43,162 bases of DNA from a virus (Duplodnaviria; Caudoviricetes), in the IMG/VR virus record IMGVR_UViG_3300038330_000039, positions 1 to 43,162 of that record. One strand, 5' to 3'. Each line of letters begins with the position of its first letter. Within the stretch, counting starts at the first letter, position 1. This document shows positions 16,522-25,315 of this stretch, piece by piece. The position numbers were made by a program, and so were the translations under genes. The notes beneath the pieces were generated by a model that was given only the letters and a program-made list of their open reading frames with translations, made no database searches and was not told the DNA's origin.

Positions 16522-18073
16522 AGCCCTCATCAAGCAGGGAGTCGGGCGCATGGGTGGCGTGATGTCACCCGGCTGGGCCAAAATGCTGGATGGGATGCCG
16601 CGGCTGGCTCACCCGGGGTTCAAAGGAGCTCGGGCGTTCGCCAACTGCAGGCGCCAAGGTGCGATAGCCCGCGCCGGCCGCGGCGGTGGCAAGTCGACCA
16701 GCATGCTCGGGCGCTTCCACAGCGTCAGCGCGGCGCACCCGAATCAGGCCAGCGTGTTCGTGACGATCAGCTCGGAGCGCAGCCGCGACATTCTCTCGCC
16801 CGCGGTGTGGAAGTTCAATCGGCTCTACAACACCAAGATAGAGGAACGCCGCGGGGACGGGTGGTTTCTCTGGCCCAACGGCTACAAGCTGCTTTACCGC
16901 GGCTGCAAGGACGTGAACGAGTGCAACAAGCGGCGTGGAACGCCGTGGGTTGCCGCCGGCTGGGATGAATGCGCGAGCATCAACAACAAGCTCCTGGAGT
17001 ACGACATTCACGAATGCGTGGAGCCGCGCCTAGTCGACTTTAATGGGCTGTGGTTCGCCGGTGGCACGCCAGGCCCAGTGCCGCACGGCAAGTGGTACGA
17101 GCTCAGCAGCGGGGACGACCCGACCTATCCGCTGTTCTGCTGGGATGCGCGACACAACCCGCACATGCCCAACGTGCTCAAGTTCTTCTCTGACACGCTG
17201 AACCGAATGCGCGGCGTCCCCGATCGCAGGACGTGGCCGAGCCACTGCGAGAGCGTGCTGGATCTGATCAACGACCCAGCGTGTTGGAAGCTGCTGCCAA
17301 CGGCGTTCGTGCGGGAGTACCTCGGGCAATGGGTGCTCGACCTGCGCGCGCTCATCTACAAGCTGACGCCCAAGAACAGCTTCTCCGAGTTCCCGATCCG
17401 CCCAGACTTCTGGACGATCGGTGTCGACCTGGGCTCGCACAGCGAGGAGACACCCGACCTGGACCACGCCGCGGTGAGCGTCTGCGCCAGCAACCGAACG
17501 CTGCCGTACGTCTGGGTGCGCGAAGCCAAGCGCCTTTCGGACATGACCGTCCACAGCCTCGCCGAGTACGTCTCCCAGCTGCTGAAGCGGTACCCGGAAG
17601 CGAGCGTCCACATCGACGGCACGAGCGCCGGCAAGCTGATCGAGCGCACGCTTCAGAAGATGGGGCTGCCCATCCAGTGCGCCGACAAGGCCCACAAGCT
17701 GCGCCGCATCCAGCTCGTTCAGTCCGGCATTCGGAACGGAGACGTGCAGCTGCACCAGGTTGATTGCATGGACGCGCGCGAGGAGTCCATGCACCTGGTC
17801 TGGGATGACAAGCGCAAGGACCACAGCCCGCGCTGCAACGATGACTGCTGGGATGCCATCCTGTACGGCGCTACGCCGCACTTCGCCGAGCACTTCCCCA
17901 AGGGAGAAGACGGGCCCATGCCCGGAACGCCCGAGTACGAGACGGCGCAGGAAATGGCCGAGTACGAGGCCGAGCTTGCGCGCGCAATCGAGGAGGCCGG
18001 CGGGGACGTGGACAACCTGCGGCGCATCTGGACGCCGGACGAGCCCGAGATCTGGCTACCGCTTGCTGCCTAG
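16502..18073 (+). CDS. terL: Terminase large subunit
   Basis: 523 aa; Walker A AGRGGGKS, Walker B AGWDEC, motif III GGTPG, RNase H-like nuclease IGVDLG...HIDG...NDDCWDAILY. Confidence 0.92.
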   Translation: MTDPRVKALIKQGVGRMGGVMSPGWAKMLDGMPRLAHPGFKGARAFANCRRQGAIARAGRGGGKSTSMLGRFHSVSAAHPNQASVFVTISSERSRDILSPAVWKFNRLYNTKIEERRGDGWFLWPNGYKLLYRGCKDVNECNKRRGTPWVAAGWDECASINNKLLEYDIHECVEPRLVDFNGLWFAGGTPGPVPHGKWYELSSGDDPTYPLFCWDARHNPHMPNVLKFFSDTLNRMRGVPDRRTWPSHCESVLDLINDPACWKLLPTAFVREYLGQWVLDLRALIYKLTPKNSFSEFPIRPDFWTIGVDLGSHSEETPDLDHAAVSVCASNRTLPYVWVREAKRLSDMTVHSLAEYVSQLLKRYPEASVHIDGTSAGKLIERTLQKMGLPIQCADKAHKLRRIQLVQSGIRNGDVQLHQVDCMDAREESMHLVWDDKRKDHSPRCNDDCWDAILYGATPHFAEHFPKGEDGPMPGTPEYETAQEMAEYEAELARAIEEAGGDVDNLRRIWTPDEPEIWLPLAA

Positions 18074-18301
18074 CCCGCCGTCCACGCACACGCTGCACTG
18101 GCAACCAGACGGCTCGGGCTCCTTGGGTCGCACGCCGCGAACGTCCGTGCGCAGCGTGCCGCCTCCGTTGCCGCGCGTCCGAACCTGCGTGACTGCGTCC
18201 TCGGCGGAGTAAGCCCGCTCCTCCACGACGCGCGAGCCCTCGTAGCGATCCGAGTGGAACACGTTCACATCAACCAGGTACACGCGGATCTCGCTGGCCA
18301 T
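18056..18301 (-). CDS. Small hypothetical protein
   Basis: 81 aa; GGAGG SD; C-terminal CxCxxC; converges on and overlaps the terL 3' end. Confidence 0.55.
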   Translation of the reverse strand: MASEIRVYLVDVNVFHSDRYEGSRVVEERAYSAEDAVTQVRTRGNGGGTLRTDVRGVRPKEPEPSGCQCSVCVDGGLGSKR

Positions 18302-18417
18302 CAGCCCTCCAAATTAGTTCGTGGCGGCTGGACCCATTCCAGCCGCCCCTATGACCCAAACCGAAACCGTCAAACCGTCATCGAGCTAACCCGTGGAGCA
18401 TATGCACAGGAGGCCCG

Positions 18418-19230
18418 CTAGTCCAGCTCCTCGGGTTCTTTTATTGGCGCCTCTGGGTCGAAGCCGCCAGCGAGCAGGACGGCGTACACCTTCGGCGCCA
18501 CGTCCACGAGCGCCTGGCGCACCACCTCGGGCGGGTCGCTCAGCAGCGCGGCCAGCTGCTCGCGGTCCATGGCGTGTGCATCCAGGTAGTTGGCTGCGTC
18601 GTGGTCCGGCTCGGGTTGCCTGTGCTTGCTCGCGCCGTGGTCCTGGGGCCACCGGCGTTCCTTCAGACGCCCCAGCCACTCGAACTCCTGGAGCGGGGGC
18701 ACGACGGGCGGTGTGCTCCAGGCTGCGTGCAGCTTGGCCCACCTGGCGCGCGCGTCGCTGAGCTCGGCCGTCTGCCGCTTCCAGTCCTCGAGCTGCAGAT
18801 CGTAGAGGATGTGGGCCTCGAACAGCTCCTCCTCGGGTAGGTTCTCGTCTGGCGGCCGTGGCTTGCGCGGCGCCTCGGGCTCCAGCGGCTCGGGGCCGCG
18901 GTGGTCTCGCCACTCTGCATAGCCCGTCATCGCCTCGAGCAGCAGCCGGACGCGGTGTGCCTCCGTCTGACTGGCAGCGAACTCAAGGCCGCGCTCAGCG
19001 CGCCGGTACGCGGTCGCGAACGAGCCGAAGGGCTCCGAGTCTGGGTATGCGAGACCCTGCTCCACCCACCCACGTAGCGTACTCTCCGGCACACCAACCA
19101 TTGCCGCCACGGCCTTGCGACTCGCGCCGCTCGCCGCGCACGCAACCACACTGGAACGGAACGCCGGGTCCTCGATTCGAGGCACTGGGCCCGGTTTGCG
19201 CCGTGTCTGTAACTGCCAGCGCACTGTCAC
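18418..19230 (-). CDS. Putative terminase small subunit (HTH)
   Basis: 270 aa; N-terminal HTH (GASRKAVAAMVGVPESTLRGWVEQG) followed by FGSFATAYRRAE and W..LKERRWPQ motifs seen in TerS-like HTH proteins; close to terL. Confidence 0.65.
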   Translation of the reverse strand: MTVRWQLQTRRKPGPVPRIEDPAFRSSVVACAASGASRKAVAAMVGVPESTLRGWVEQGLAYPDSEPFGSFATAYRRAERGLEFAASQTEAHRVRLLLEAMTGYAEWRDHRGPEPLEPEAPRKPRPPDENLPEEELFEAHILYDLQLEDWKRQTAELSDARARWAKLHAAWSTPPVVPPLQEFEWLGRLKERRWPQDHGASKHRQPEPDHDAANYLDAHAMDREQLAALLSDPPEVVRQALVDVAPKVYAVLLAGGFDPEAPIKEPEELD

Positions 19231-19321
19231 GGTATGTTTATGCCCACGTTGTGTGTTTGCCTGGGGTTGCTCTCAAACGCGGAATCCGGCCATTAAGCAT
19301 GCCAGAAGGATTGACGCCGCG

Positions 19322-19672
19322 CTATCGCCCCCGTAAGCCCCTACGGATAGCGGGTTGCTCGCGCCTAGGAGGGGCGGAATCGCTGGAAACCCCGGGGATG
19401 TGTCTCTCTGCTTCTGGGTGGTCGCGAACGTAGCCGCGGAGCTCCTTGGGGCCGTCGCCGTTCTCGTCCACGTACGGTGGCCACATGAGCCAGCGACCCT
19501 CGGCGGGATGCCACCAGCACAGCGCTCGCTCTGCCCACGCAGCACGGACACGCCGCGCCCACAGGCTGTACTCGGCACTGGTGCTCGAGTCGTAGCGTCC
19601 CCGGGAGTTTTTCGCTGGCGACAGCATGGCCCGGAACGAGAGCTCGGCGCGGGTCAGCGGGTCGGTCTTCAT
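19322..19672 (-). CDS. Hypothetical protein
   Basis: 116 aa, Trp-rich; ATGA overlap with the upstream gene. Confidence 0.5.
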   Translation of the reverse strand: MKTDPLTRAELSFRAMLSPAKNSRGRYDSSTSAEYSLWARRVRAAWAERALCWWHPAEGRWLMWPPYVDENGDGPKELRGYVRDHPEAERHIPGVSSDSAPPRREQPAIRRGLRGR

Positions 19673-19950
19673 GGGCGCAGCCGGTGCCAGCGCGCGAGCA
19701 GGTTCGCCTGTTCGCAGAACATGAGCTCGGTATGCCTGAACCCGTGCCGCGACTCAGCGATCTCGTGCGAGACCGAGTAGCAATGCTCCCAGCTGTCCGC
19801 CTTGCAGGCAATGCCGAGCCGCGAACCGCATCGGTACACGCGCGCCTGCTGGTGAGGCGTGCCGGTGCCGAGCGCGCCCTTCACGCTGTTGGGGCGCCTG
19901 AGAACGCGAAACGCGAAACCCTCGGCGCGCACAGCGTCGGAGAGCTTCAT
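19669..19950 (-). CDS. Hypothetical protein with degenerate zincin-like HExxE..H..H motif
   Basis: 93 aa; SVSHEIAESRHGFRH; ATGA overlaps at both ends. Confidence 0.5.
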   Translation of the reverse strand: MKLSDAVRAEGFAFRVLRRPNSVKGALGTGTPHQQARVYRCGSRLGIACKADSWEHCYSVSHEIAESRHGFRHTELMFCEQANLLARWHRLRP

Positions 19951-20156
19951 AGCTGCGCGTCCAGCGGACCAGGGTCAGAGAACCAGGGTGCGCCGTCGCA
20001 ACGGAAGTCGCCGAGGCCGTAGCGTATCGGGCGATGCACGACGCCATCGCGCAAGAGCCTGCAGGTGCCGTTCGAGACGGCGTCCAGGTAGACCATGCGC
20101 GCCATGGGTTCGCTGTACAGCACCGAAAAGAACTCGTCCGTAAAGGTGCGCGTCAC
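19947..20156 (-). CDS. Hypothetical protein
   Basis: Start re-called at the GTGA overlap at 20156; 69 aa MTRTFTDEFFSVLY... Confidence 0.5.
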   Translation of the reverse strand: MTRTFTDEFFSVLYSEPMARMVYLDAVSNGTCRLLRDGVVHRPIRYGLGDFRCDGAPWFSDPGPLDAQL

Positions 20157-20872
20157 TTGAGAGGGTCCCCGGGGCGACACAGAAATAGGCGCTCTGTTGC
20201 TTTGGGGGCCAAGCCGCAGCTGCCGCTGGCTTTGGCCTCCCATTGCAGCGTACCAGCATCAAAAGAATACTCGGACACGAAAACGGAAGTGAACCTAGAC
20301 CATTCCATGACCCGTCGAATGAACAGACGGTGATCAAACCCAGCGACGGCAGAAAACTCTGTTGTGCCGGCGTACGGAGGATCGCAATAAATGATCGCGT
20401 CTGTCACGCGCGGCTCTATGCTCAGAAAGTCGACCCAGTCGAAGCCGCTCACAAGACGCACTTGTTTTGCCAGCGATCTAGCCGCGCTCGCAGCCCATGT
20501 CAGCCCTCGTATGCCGTGCTCCGGGCGGTCTCGCCGCTGACCAGCGTATCCACCAAACCATTTGCCGCCGAAAGAGCACCCAAACCCACAGAACGCTTTC
20601 ATGGGATCGGTGTCAGGGAGAGATTTGCTTAGTTCGTACTCTTCGCGAGACACATGGTTTGGAGGAACCCACCCATTGCGCACTGCGCGATACAAAGAAA
20701 TTAGAGGCAGGCACAGGTCGGTGGCATGCACAGGCCCGTTTTTCGCAAGAGCTGCGCTCATGCTAAGGCCGCCGCAGAACGGATCCCAGACGAGCTGTCC
20801 AGGCCTTCTCTGTCGATCGATGACACTGGCAATCTGCTTGGATACCCTGCTCTTTCCACCCAAGTACTGCAC
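20153..20872 (-). CDS. DNA N6-adenine methyltransferase (D12/Dam-like class)
   Basis: 239 aa; YLGGKSR (motif X), WDPFCGGLS (motif I), IYCDPPY (motif IV); visibly more AT-rich than its neighbours. Confidence 0.9.
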   Translation of the reverse strand: MQYLGGKSRVSKQIASVIDRQRRPGQLVWDPFCGGLSMSAALAKNGPVHATDLCLPLISLYRAVRNGWVPPNHVSREEYELSKSLPDTDPMKAFCGFGCSFGGKWFGGYAGQRRDRPEHGIRGLTWAASAARSLAKQVRLVSGFDWVDFLSIEPRVTDAIIYCDPPYAGTTEFSAVAGFDHRLFIRRVMEWSRFTSVFVSEYSFDAGTLQWEAKASGSCGLAPKATERLFLCRPGDPLK

Positions 20873-20878
20873 CGCTCG

Positions 20879-21403
20879 TCACCCTCTGCCCATGCAGTGC
20901 CCAACAGGGTGCCACGTTGCGCCCTCGTCGCCACACGGACACGGCGTGGAGCATTCGCCAGCGTGGCCGTGGTACAGCGTACACCAGTGGTCGCCGCTGG
21001 TACGGATGCCGCAGCGCCCGCCGGGCCTACCGTCGTTGGGCAGATGCGCGGCGCTCGGCCTCGGCTCCTCCACCACCAGGGTCCACGCAGCCTGGCATTC
21101 GCCGACACCAGGGCCTAGGCCGTGCTCCCTGACCGTATCCAGGAAGTCTCGCTCAGCCTTGGTGCAGCTGAGCTGGCGCGTGTGGCGCGTATCAGGTTGG
21201 CGCGGACGGTCGTTGGCGCCGCAGCAGCAGGCCTGACGCTGATTCATCAGAAACCAAGCCTCGCTGACGATGGCGCTCTCGAACGAGTGATAGAGCTCGG
21301 GTTGCTGAGGATGTTCCCACATCTCGCGCTGCTCCCAGCTATGTAGAACGTGCATGGTCTTGCAGCGCCAGCCGCGAGCCCGCAGCAGCTCGGGCCCGGT
21401 CAT
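20879..21403 (-). CDS. Cys/His-rich hypothetical protein
   Basis: Start re-called at the ATGA overlap at 21403, 174 aa; CCC, CG...HWCTLYHGHAGEC..CPC motifs. Confidence 0.5.
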   Translation of the reverse strand: MTGPELLRARGWRCKTMHVLHSWEQREMWEHPQQPELYHSFESAIVSEAWFLMNQRQACCCGANDRPRQPDTRHTRQLSCTKAERDFLDTVREHGLGPGVGECQAAWTLVVEEPRPSAAHLPNDGRPGGRCGIRTSGDHWCTLYHGHAGECSTPCPCGDEGATWHPVGHCMGRG

Positions 21404-22347
21404 CGCAGCATCTCCCAGAGCTCGACCCACCCAGACGCCAGGATCTCAGTGTGCGCCGCGCCGGTGTGTCCGCTGGCCGCGCGCTTGGTGGCCGCCATCT
21501 TGGACCGCACAGCCTGCAGCGGCGTGTTGGGCGCCATCTGCACAGCCTGCGCCTGGCGCTGTTCCTTCTCCTGGTCTGACTCGACAGGCTTCGCGCACTC
21601 GGCGAGCACCTGGTTCGCCTCGGCCTGCGCCTTGGCGTACTGCTCCAGCTGCACCACCCTGGCGCGCAAGCGCCCGAGCTCCGCCTCTCGCTCCCGGTTC
21701 TGGTCGATGTAGCGCGCGAGCGAAATGTCATCGTCCTCGGGCCGCGCCGGAATCGAGTACCGTGCGTGCTCGGTCTTGTTGTTGAAGTGGCTCGCATTGA
21801 ACCGCGACAGGATCTCGCGCGCCTGGTCATGCGACACGCTGTCCGCGTTGGGCACAGGCTGCACGCTCAGCAGCTCATGCTCTCCGTTGCGCCAAGCCTC
21901 CACCACCTTGACGAACGAGCCCGGCGGAATCAGTCCCACGCAGCGCCCCGCGTCCTTCCAGTGTGTCTGAGCGGTGGCGCTCTGCCCATACTTGTCGCGT
22001 TGCGCCTGCGTCCAGAGCTCGGGAGCGTGGTACGGGCTCGGCCGCGGCACGTCCTCTGGCTCCGACGCGGCAGCCACCCCCACGGTCACGTACGGGAACG
22101 GCTTCCATAGTGCGCCGCATCGCAGACACACCGGCTGCCCGCCGGCAAGGAACGCCTCCGTCTCTGCGACGTGAGACACCCACTGCTGCAGCAGCTTGGA
22201 GCCAGCCTCTAGCCGCTTCTCCAGGCTGTTGATCGTGTCGCGGCACACGCCGTGCCCTCCGCCGTTTCCGGTCTGCCCCTGCCCCATTGCCGCGTAATCC
22301 TGGGGCCGCCTGCTCTCGTTCTGCCCAGCGTTGCTGTAGTCGTTCAT
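21400..22347 (-). CDS. Hypothetical mosaic protein with coiled coils and CxxC
   Basis: Start re-called at ATG 22347 (CGAAAGGC SD), 315 aa. Confidence 0.55.
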   Translation of the reverse strand: MNDYSNAGQNESRRPQDYAAMGQGQTGNGGGHGVCRDTINSLEKRLEAGSKLLQQWVSHVAETEAFLAGGQPVCLRCGALWKPFPYVTVGVAAASEPEDVPRPSPYHAPELWTQAQRDKYGQSATAQTHWKDAGRCVGLIPPGSFVKVVEAWRNGEHELLSVQPVPNADSVSHDQAREILSRFNASHFNNKTEHARYSIPARPEDDDISLARYIDQNREREAELGRLRARVVQLEQYAKAQAEANQVLAECAKPVESDQEKEQRQAQAVQMAPNTPLQAVRSKMAATKRAASGHTGAAHTEILASGWVELWEMLR

Positions 22348-22359
22348 TGGGTTCGCCTT

Positions 22360-22540
22360 TCGTCTCCTCTGTCTGCGCGCCGACCTGCCTCGCTTGCACG
22401 CTGCACCCTGGGCCGCGATCACACCCATTCAGCACGCACCGTATAGGCTCAACCGGTGCGCAGACAGAGACTCGGAAGGTTTCCCCCGCGCGCCGGCTGT
22501 GGCCACAGCTTGATCAGCAGGACTCAGCGCGCGGGGAAAT
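22360..22540 (-). ncRNA. Candidate structured intergenic RNA (two multi-branch domains)
   Basis: 12-bp inverted repeat 22367-22378/22458-22469; 10-bp inverted repeat 22484-22493/22527-22536; internal hairpins; no convincing CDS. Confidence 0.45.
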
Positions 22541-22543
22541 GGG

Positions 22544-23713
22544 TTAGAAGTTCACAACCGCCATGTCATCCGGAACACCCGGAACGGTGACCCCAGCCGG
22601 GTTGCACGTGGGCGTGTCCGGCAGCGTCGGCGGGATCACAGAAAACCCGCCGCTGTCCCGGATGCTGGCCGCGATCATTCTCTCGTTGACGGTCATAGCC
22701 GCCAGCACCGGAGGCGTGGAGCCTTCTGCGAATACCTGGGAGCACGGGGTAGCTGGGCCCCTGCGCATCACGCCAGTGTCAGTGTGCATCATGCCCCAGG
22801 CGTGACCGAGCTCGTGCGTAAGAATCCAAATGTAGCCGTTTTTAAGCTTCTGGGCGAGCTTCGGGTCTGTCTCCGAAACGCACGCCGGCAGCTTCACGCT
22901 CTCGACCACCTGGTGATCGATCTCCAGCGCGGCGTAATCCCAACCCCAGTAACGCACGCCGTTTCGGATAGGCGTCTTGCCAACAATGAAGTCCTTGTCC
23001 ACGCTCATTCGAGCGGCGGCAAAGATTCCAGACACAGGGTAGACCAGGATCCGAGCGTTGTCGTAGTTCTCCTGTGGGGTGGGGAAAGAGAACAGCTCGG
23101 CCAGTGTGCCGTCCTTCAACTGCGGCGTTACCGTCACGCCGCCGCAGGTGATGGGTCGCGACCATGCGCCCCACGCTGCAATCATTCGAGCGTTGACGTA
23201 TCCCGCGTTGTCGGAGTTGTAACAGGACGGGCAGACCTTGTAGTTCAGCGCAGCGACGCGATTCGGGATCAGGCAGTTGCCGCGCAATGGCATGGCCGTG
23301 GTCCAGCCGTTCAGCACCGGGCAGCCGCCAGGCAGAAAGCCAGTGATCTGCTGCGAGCTGTTCACGGAGATCGGCGTTGCTGAGCCGGTGCCCTGCAGAA
23401 CAGTGATCGGCTGCTGCAGCTCGCCGATGTCGCCGCTGGCCTCCGGCTTCCCGGAGTAGTCATCCTCGAACGGCGCAACCTGCGCCATGCGGTCGCTCTT
23501 GGTGCATCCGTCGTAGTCGTAGCCAGGTTTTCCAACGTGAGGCGCCTCGAAGTCGTCCACCTCCTCGCAGCCGTCGGCGCGATATTGCGTGTGCGGCATC
23601 GGGTTCTCGGGCAGCACGCCGATCCATTGCCCTCGCTGCCTTTGCTCCGGGGCTTCGCTGCCGCAGCCCAGCGCCAGCAGCAGCGCCATTGTGAGAATCG
23701 TTCTTAGTTGCAT
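22544..23713 (-). CDS. Lipoprotein zinc metalloprotease (metzincin/matrixin-like)
   Basis: Start re-called at ATG 23713 (AAGGAG SD), 389 aa; lipobox LALG|C-GS; HELGHAWGMMH (22784-22816) followed by Met-turn GVM; many Cys. Confidence 0.85.
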   Translation of the reverse strand: MQLRTILTMALLLALGCGSEAPEQRQRGQWIGVLPENPMPHTQYRADGCEEVDDFEAPHVGKPGYDYDGCTKSDRMAQVAPFEDDYSGKPEASGDIGELQQPITVLQGTGSATPISVNSSQQITGFLPGGCPVLNGWTTAMPLRGNCLIPNRVAALNYKVCPSCYNSDNAGYVNARMIAAWGAWSRPITCGGVTVTPQLKDGTLAELFSFPTPQENYDNARILVYPVSGIFAAARMSVDKDFIVGKTPIRNGVRYWGWDYAALEIDHQVVESVKLPACVSETDPKLAQKLKNGYIWILTHELGHAWGMMHTDTGVMRRGPATPCSQVFAEGSTPPVLAAMTVNERMIAASIRDSGGFSVIPPTLPDTPTCNPAGVTVPGVPDDMAVVNF

Positions 23714-23730
23714 CGCTGTCTCCTTGTTGT

Positions 23731-23889
23731 TCACGGGATACTTTCCCAGTCGTTCGTTGTGTTCAGGTCCAGGTCGCACTCCTGCTCCTGGTCTCGGCCT
23801 GTGAGTATCGCATCCCTGCACGAGTACGCGCACAGCTCTCCGGCCTCGGCGCCGCAGCACGGGCAGGGTTTTTCGTTGGGGTCGCTCAT
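23731..23889 (-). CDS. Small Zn-finger-like protein
   Basis: Start re-called at the ATGA overlap; 52 aa, CPCCGAEAGELC. Confidence 0.45.
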   Translation of the reverse strand: MSDPNEKPCPCCGAEAGELCAYSCRDAILTGRDQEQECDLDLNTTNDWESIP

Positions 23890-24200
23890 GCTCGCTTTCT
23901 CACGGGTTCGTCCACCTGCGCCCACATCAGCGCGGCATGGTCCTTGTGGTGTTCGCAGACGCCAAACTTACCGCACCTCGAGCCGCGCCGGTGCGGCGGG
24001 TTGTGCGCCTTGATCTCGTCGTTGCGACGGGCGCTCGCCTGGTCGAGCTCGGGCCGCGGCTTGCCGCCGCTCCAGGTGACCCCAGGGCAGTGGCACAGAT
24101 AGGGCGCCCGCGCCTTTGCGCAGAGCGGGCGCCCTGCCCGACACTTCACCTTTTGGCACCAGTCGCACCGGCTACCGTTGGGGCGTTTGGGGCGTTTCAT
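23886..24200 (-). CDS. Basic Cys/His-rich hypothetical protein
   Basis: 104 aa; CDWC, CHC, HRRGSRC, CEHH motifs. Confidence 0.5.
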   Translation of the reverse strand: MKRPKRPNGSRCDWCQKVKCRAGRPLCAKARAPYLCHCPGVTWSGGKPRPELDQASARRNDEIKAHNPPHRRGSRCGKFGVCEHHKDHAALMWAQVDEPVRKRA

Positions 24201-24480
24201 CGGTGATAGTCAGGGATATCAGCTCGATGTCCGGCGCAGGCACCGGCGCTGGATACGTGTACCGGATCAGCTCGGCGCCAGCCTCCGTCTGCAGCGACAA
24301 GTAGCGAGGCTGAGCCGCCAGGATGCGCGACTCCAGAAACTCCAGCGACGTACCGTTGACCCTGGCGCGCACCCGATCGATCTCTACGCCGGCCGCGTCC
24401 AGGAACACAGCGACGCAGGCCGAGGACAAGGCTTGGCCGATGGCCTGCGTCAGCGCCTCGGCGTGGATAACCGCGCTCAT
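24172..24480 (-). CDS. Hypothetical protein
   Basis: 102 aa; ATGA overlap upstream; globular composition. Confidence 0.5.
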   Translation of the reverse strand: MSAVIHAEALTQAIGQALSSACVAVFLDAAGVEIDRVRARVNGTSLEFLESRILAAQPRYLSLQTEAGAELIRYTYPAPVPAPDIELISLTITDETPQTPQR

Positions 24481-24629
24481 GGCGCACCCCGCAGCGCCGG
24501 CCGCGGCGCCTCGTAGTCATCCACCGACAGCAGCGCAGCGAACGCCAGCGCCACGATGAAAACCGCGATGCCTTTCGCGATGCGAGCCGCCCGGTTCGGC
24601 TGCTCGTAGAGTGGCCTGCGCCGGTTCAA
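24477..24629 (-). CDS. Small single-pass membrane protein
   Basis: Start re-called at the TTGA overlap at 24629; 50 aa with TM GIAVFIVALAFAALLSV. Confidence 0.5.
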   Translation of the reverse strand: MNRRRPLYEQPNRAARIAKGIAVFIVALAFAALLSVDDYEAPRPALRGAP

Positions 24630-24979
24630 AACGGTATCTCCTCGGCGAGCGCGTTGTTCATGCTGTCGCGAGCCTTGCTCTGGTCGCAGCGCGGCAGCCG
24701 GTCGATCAGGTTCTTGTACGCCGTCAGAATGCGACCCTCTCGCTCTGACTGCGTCTCGCTGGCCCTCTCCAGGTTGCCGATTCGCCTCTCGAACTCGGCC
24801 TCCTGCTCCTCCTTGGCCTTCTCCACCTGGAGCACCTCGCTGTGCAGGTCGGTGCATTTCTCTTGCAGGTGCTCAGCGAGCCGGCCGCGAACATGGGCCA
24901 GATCGATCAGCGCGCGCAGCGCCTCCTGCATCGCTACATGCTCCGCCTCGCGGAACCCGAACGTTTCGATCGCGCTCAT
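24626..24979 (-). CDS. Coiled-coil protein ending in SSB-tail-like EEIPF
   Basis: Start re-called at ATG 24979 (GAGGT SD, ATGA overlap); 117 aa. Confidence 0.6.
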   Translation of the reverse strand: MSAIETFGFREAEHVAMQEALRALIDLAHVRGRLAEHLQEKCTDLHSEVLQVEKAKEEQEAEFERRIGNLERASETQSEREGRILTAYKNLIDRLPRCDQSKARDSMNNALAEEIPF

Positions 24980-25260
24980 GTTCCCACCTCGGCGTGATAC
25001 AGGGCCAGGGCCGTTAGCAGTTGCGTGGCGATGCGGCACGAGCGCTCGCCCTGGCCGTCCAGGTCGTCAGCAGCGCGACGGATGGCGCGCTCCAGGTCGC
25101 GGAACGCTGGCGCGTCGCTCTGCCAGTCGGCGTTGTTGATGATCATGGTCGGAATCGGGTGGTCCTGCGCCTGCAGCGGTTTGCGCTCAACCTGCACCTG
25201 CTGCCAATCGACCGCGCGTATCTGCTTTTCCATGGGTTGGGTCTCCTTTGCTCGAGCCAC
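24976..25260 (-). CDS. Hypothetical protein
   Basis: 94 aa in the leftward early operon; start may instead be the ATG at 25233 (AAGGAG SD). Confidence 0.5.
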   Translation of the reverse strand: MARAKETQPMEKQIRAVDWQQVQVERKPLQAQDHPIPTMIINNADWQSDAPAFRDLERAIRRAADDLDGQGERSCRIATQLLTALALYHAEVGT

Positions 25261-25315
25261 GTTGGCCCATCCTGCCGCGCCGCTCCCGAGGGGATGGCGC
25301 AGCCGGCGGGGTCAG

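Noticed and set aside
22360-22540. tRNA gene
   Set aside because: No TTC T-loop, cloverleaf spacing or CCA end; no tRNA was recognised anywhere in the window.
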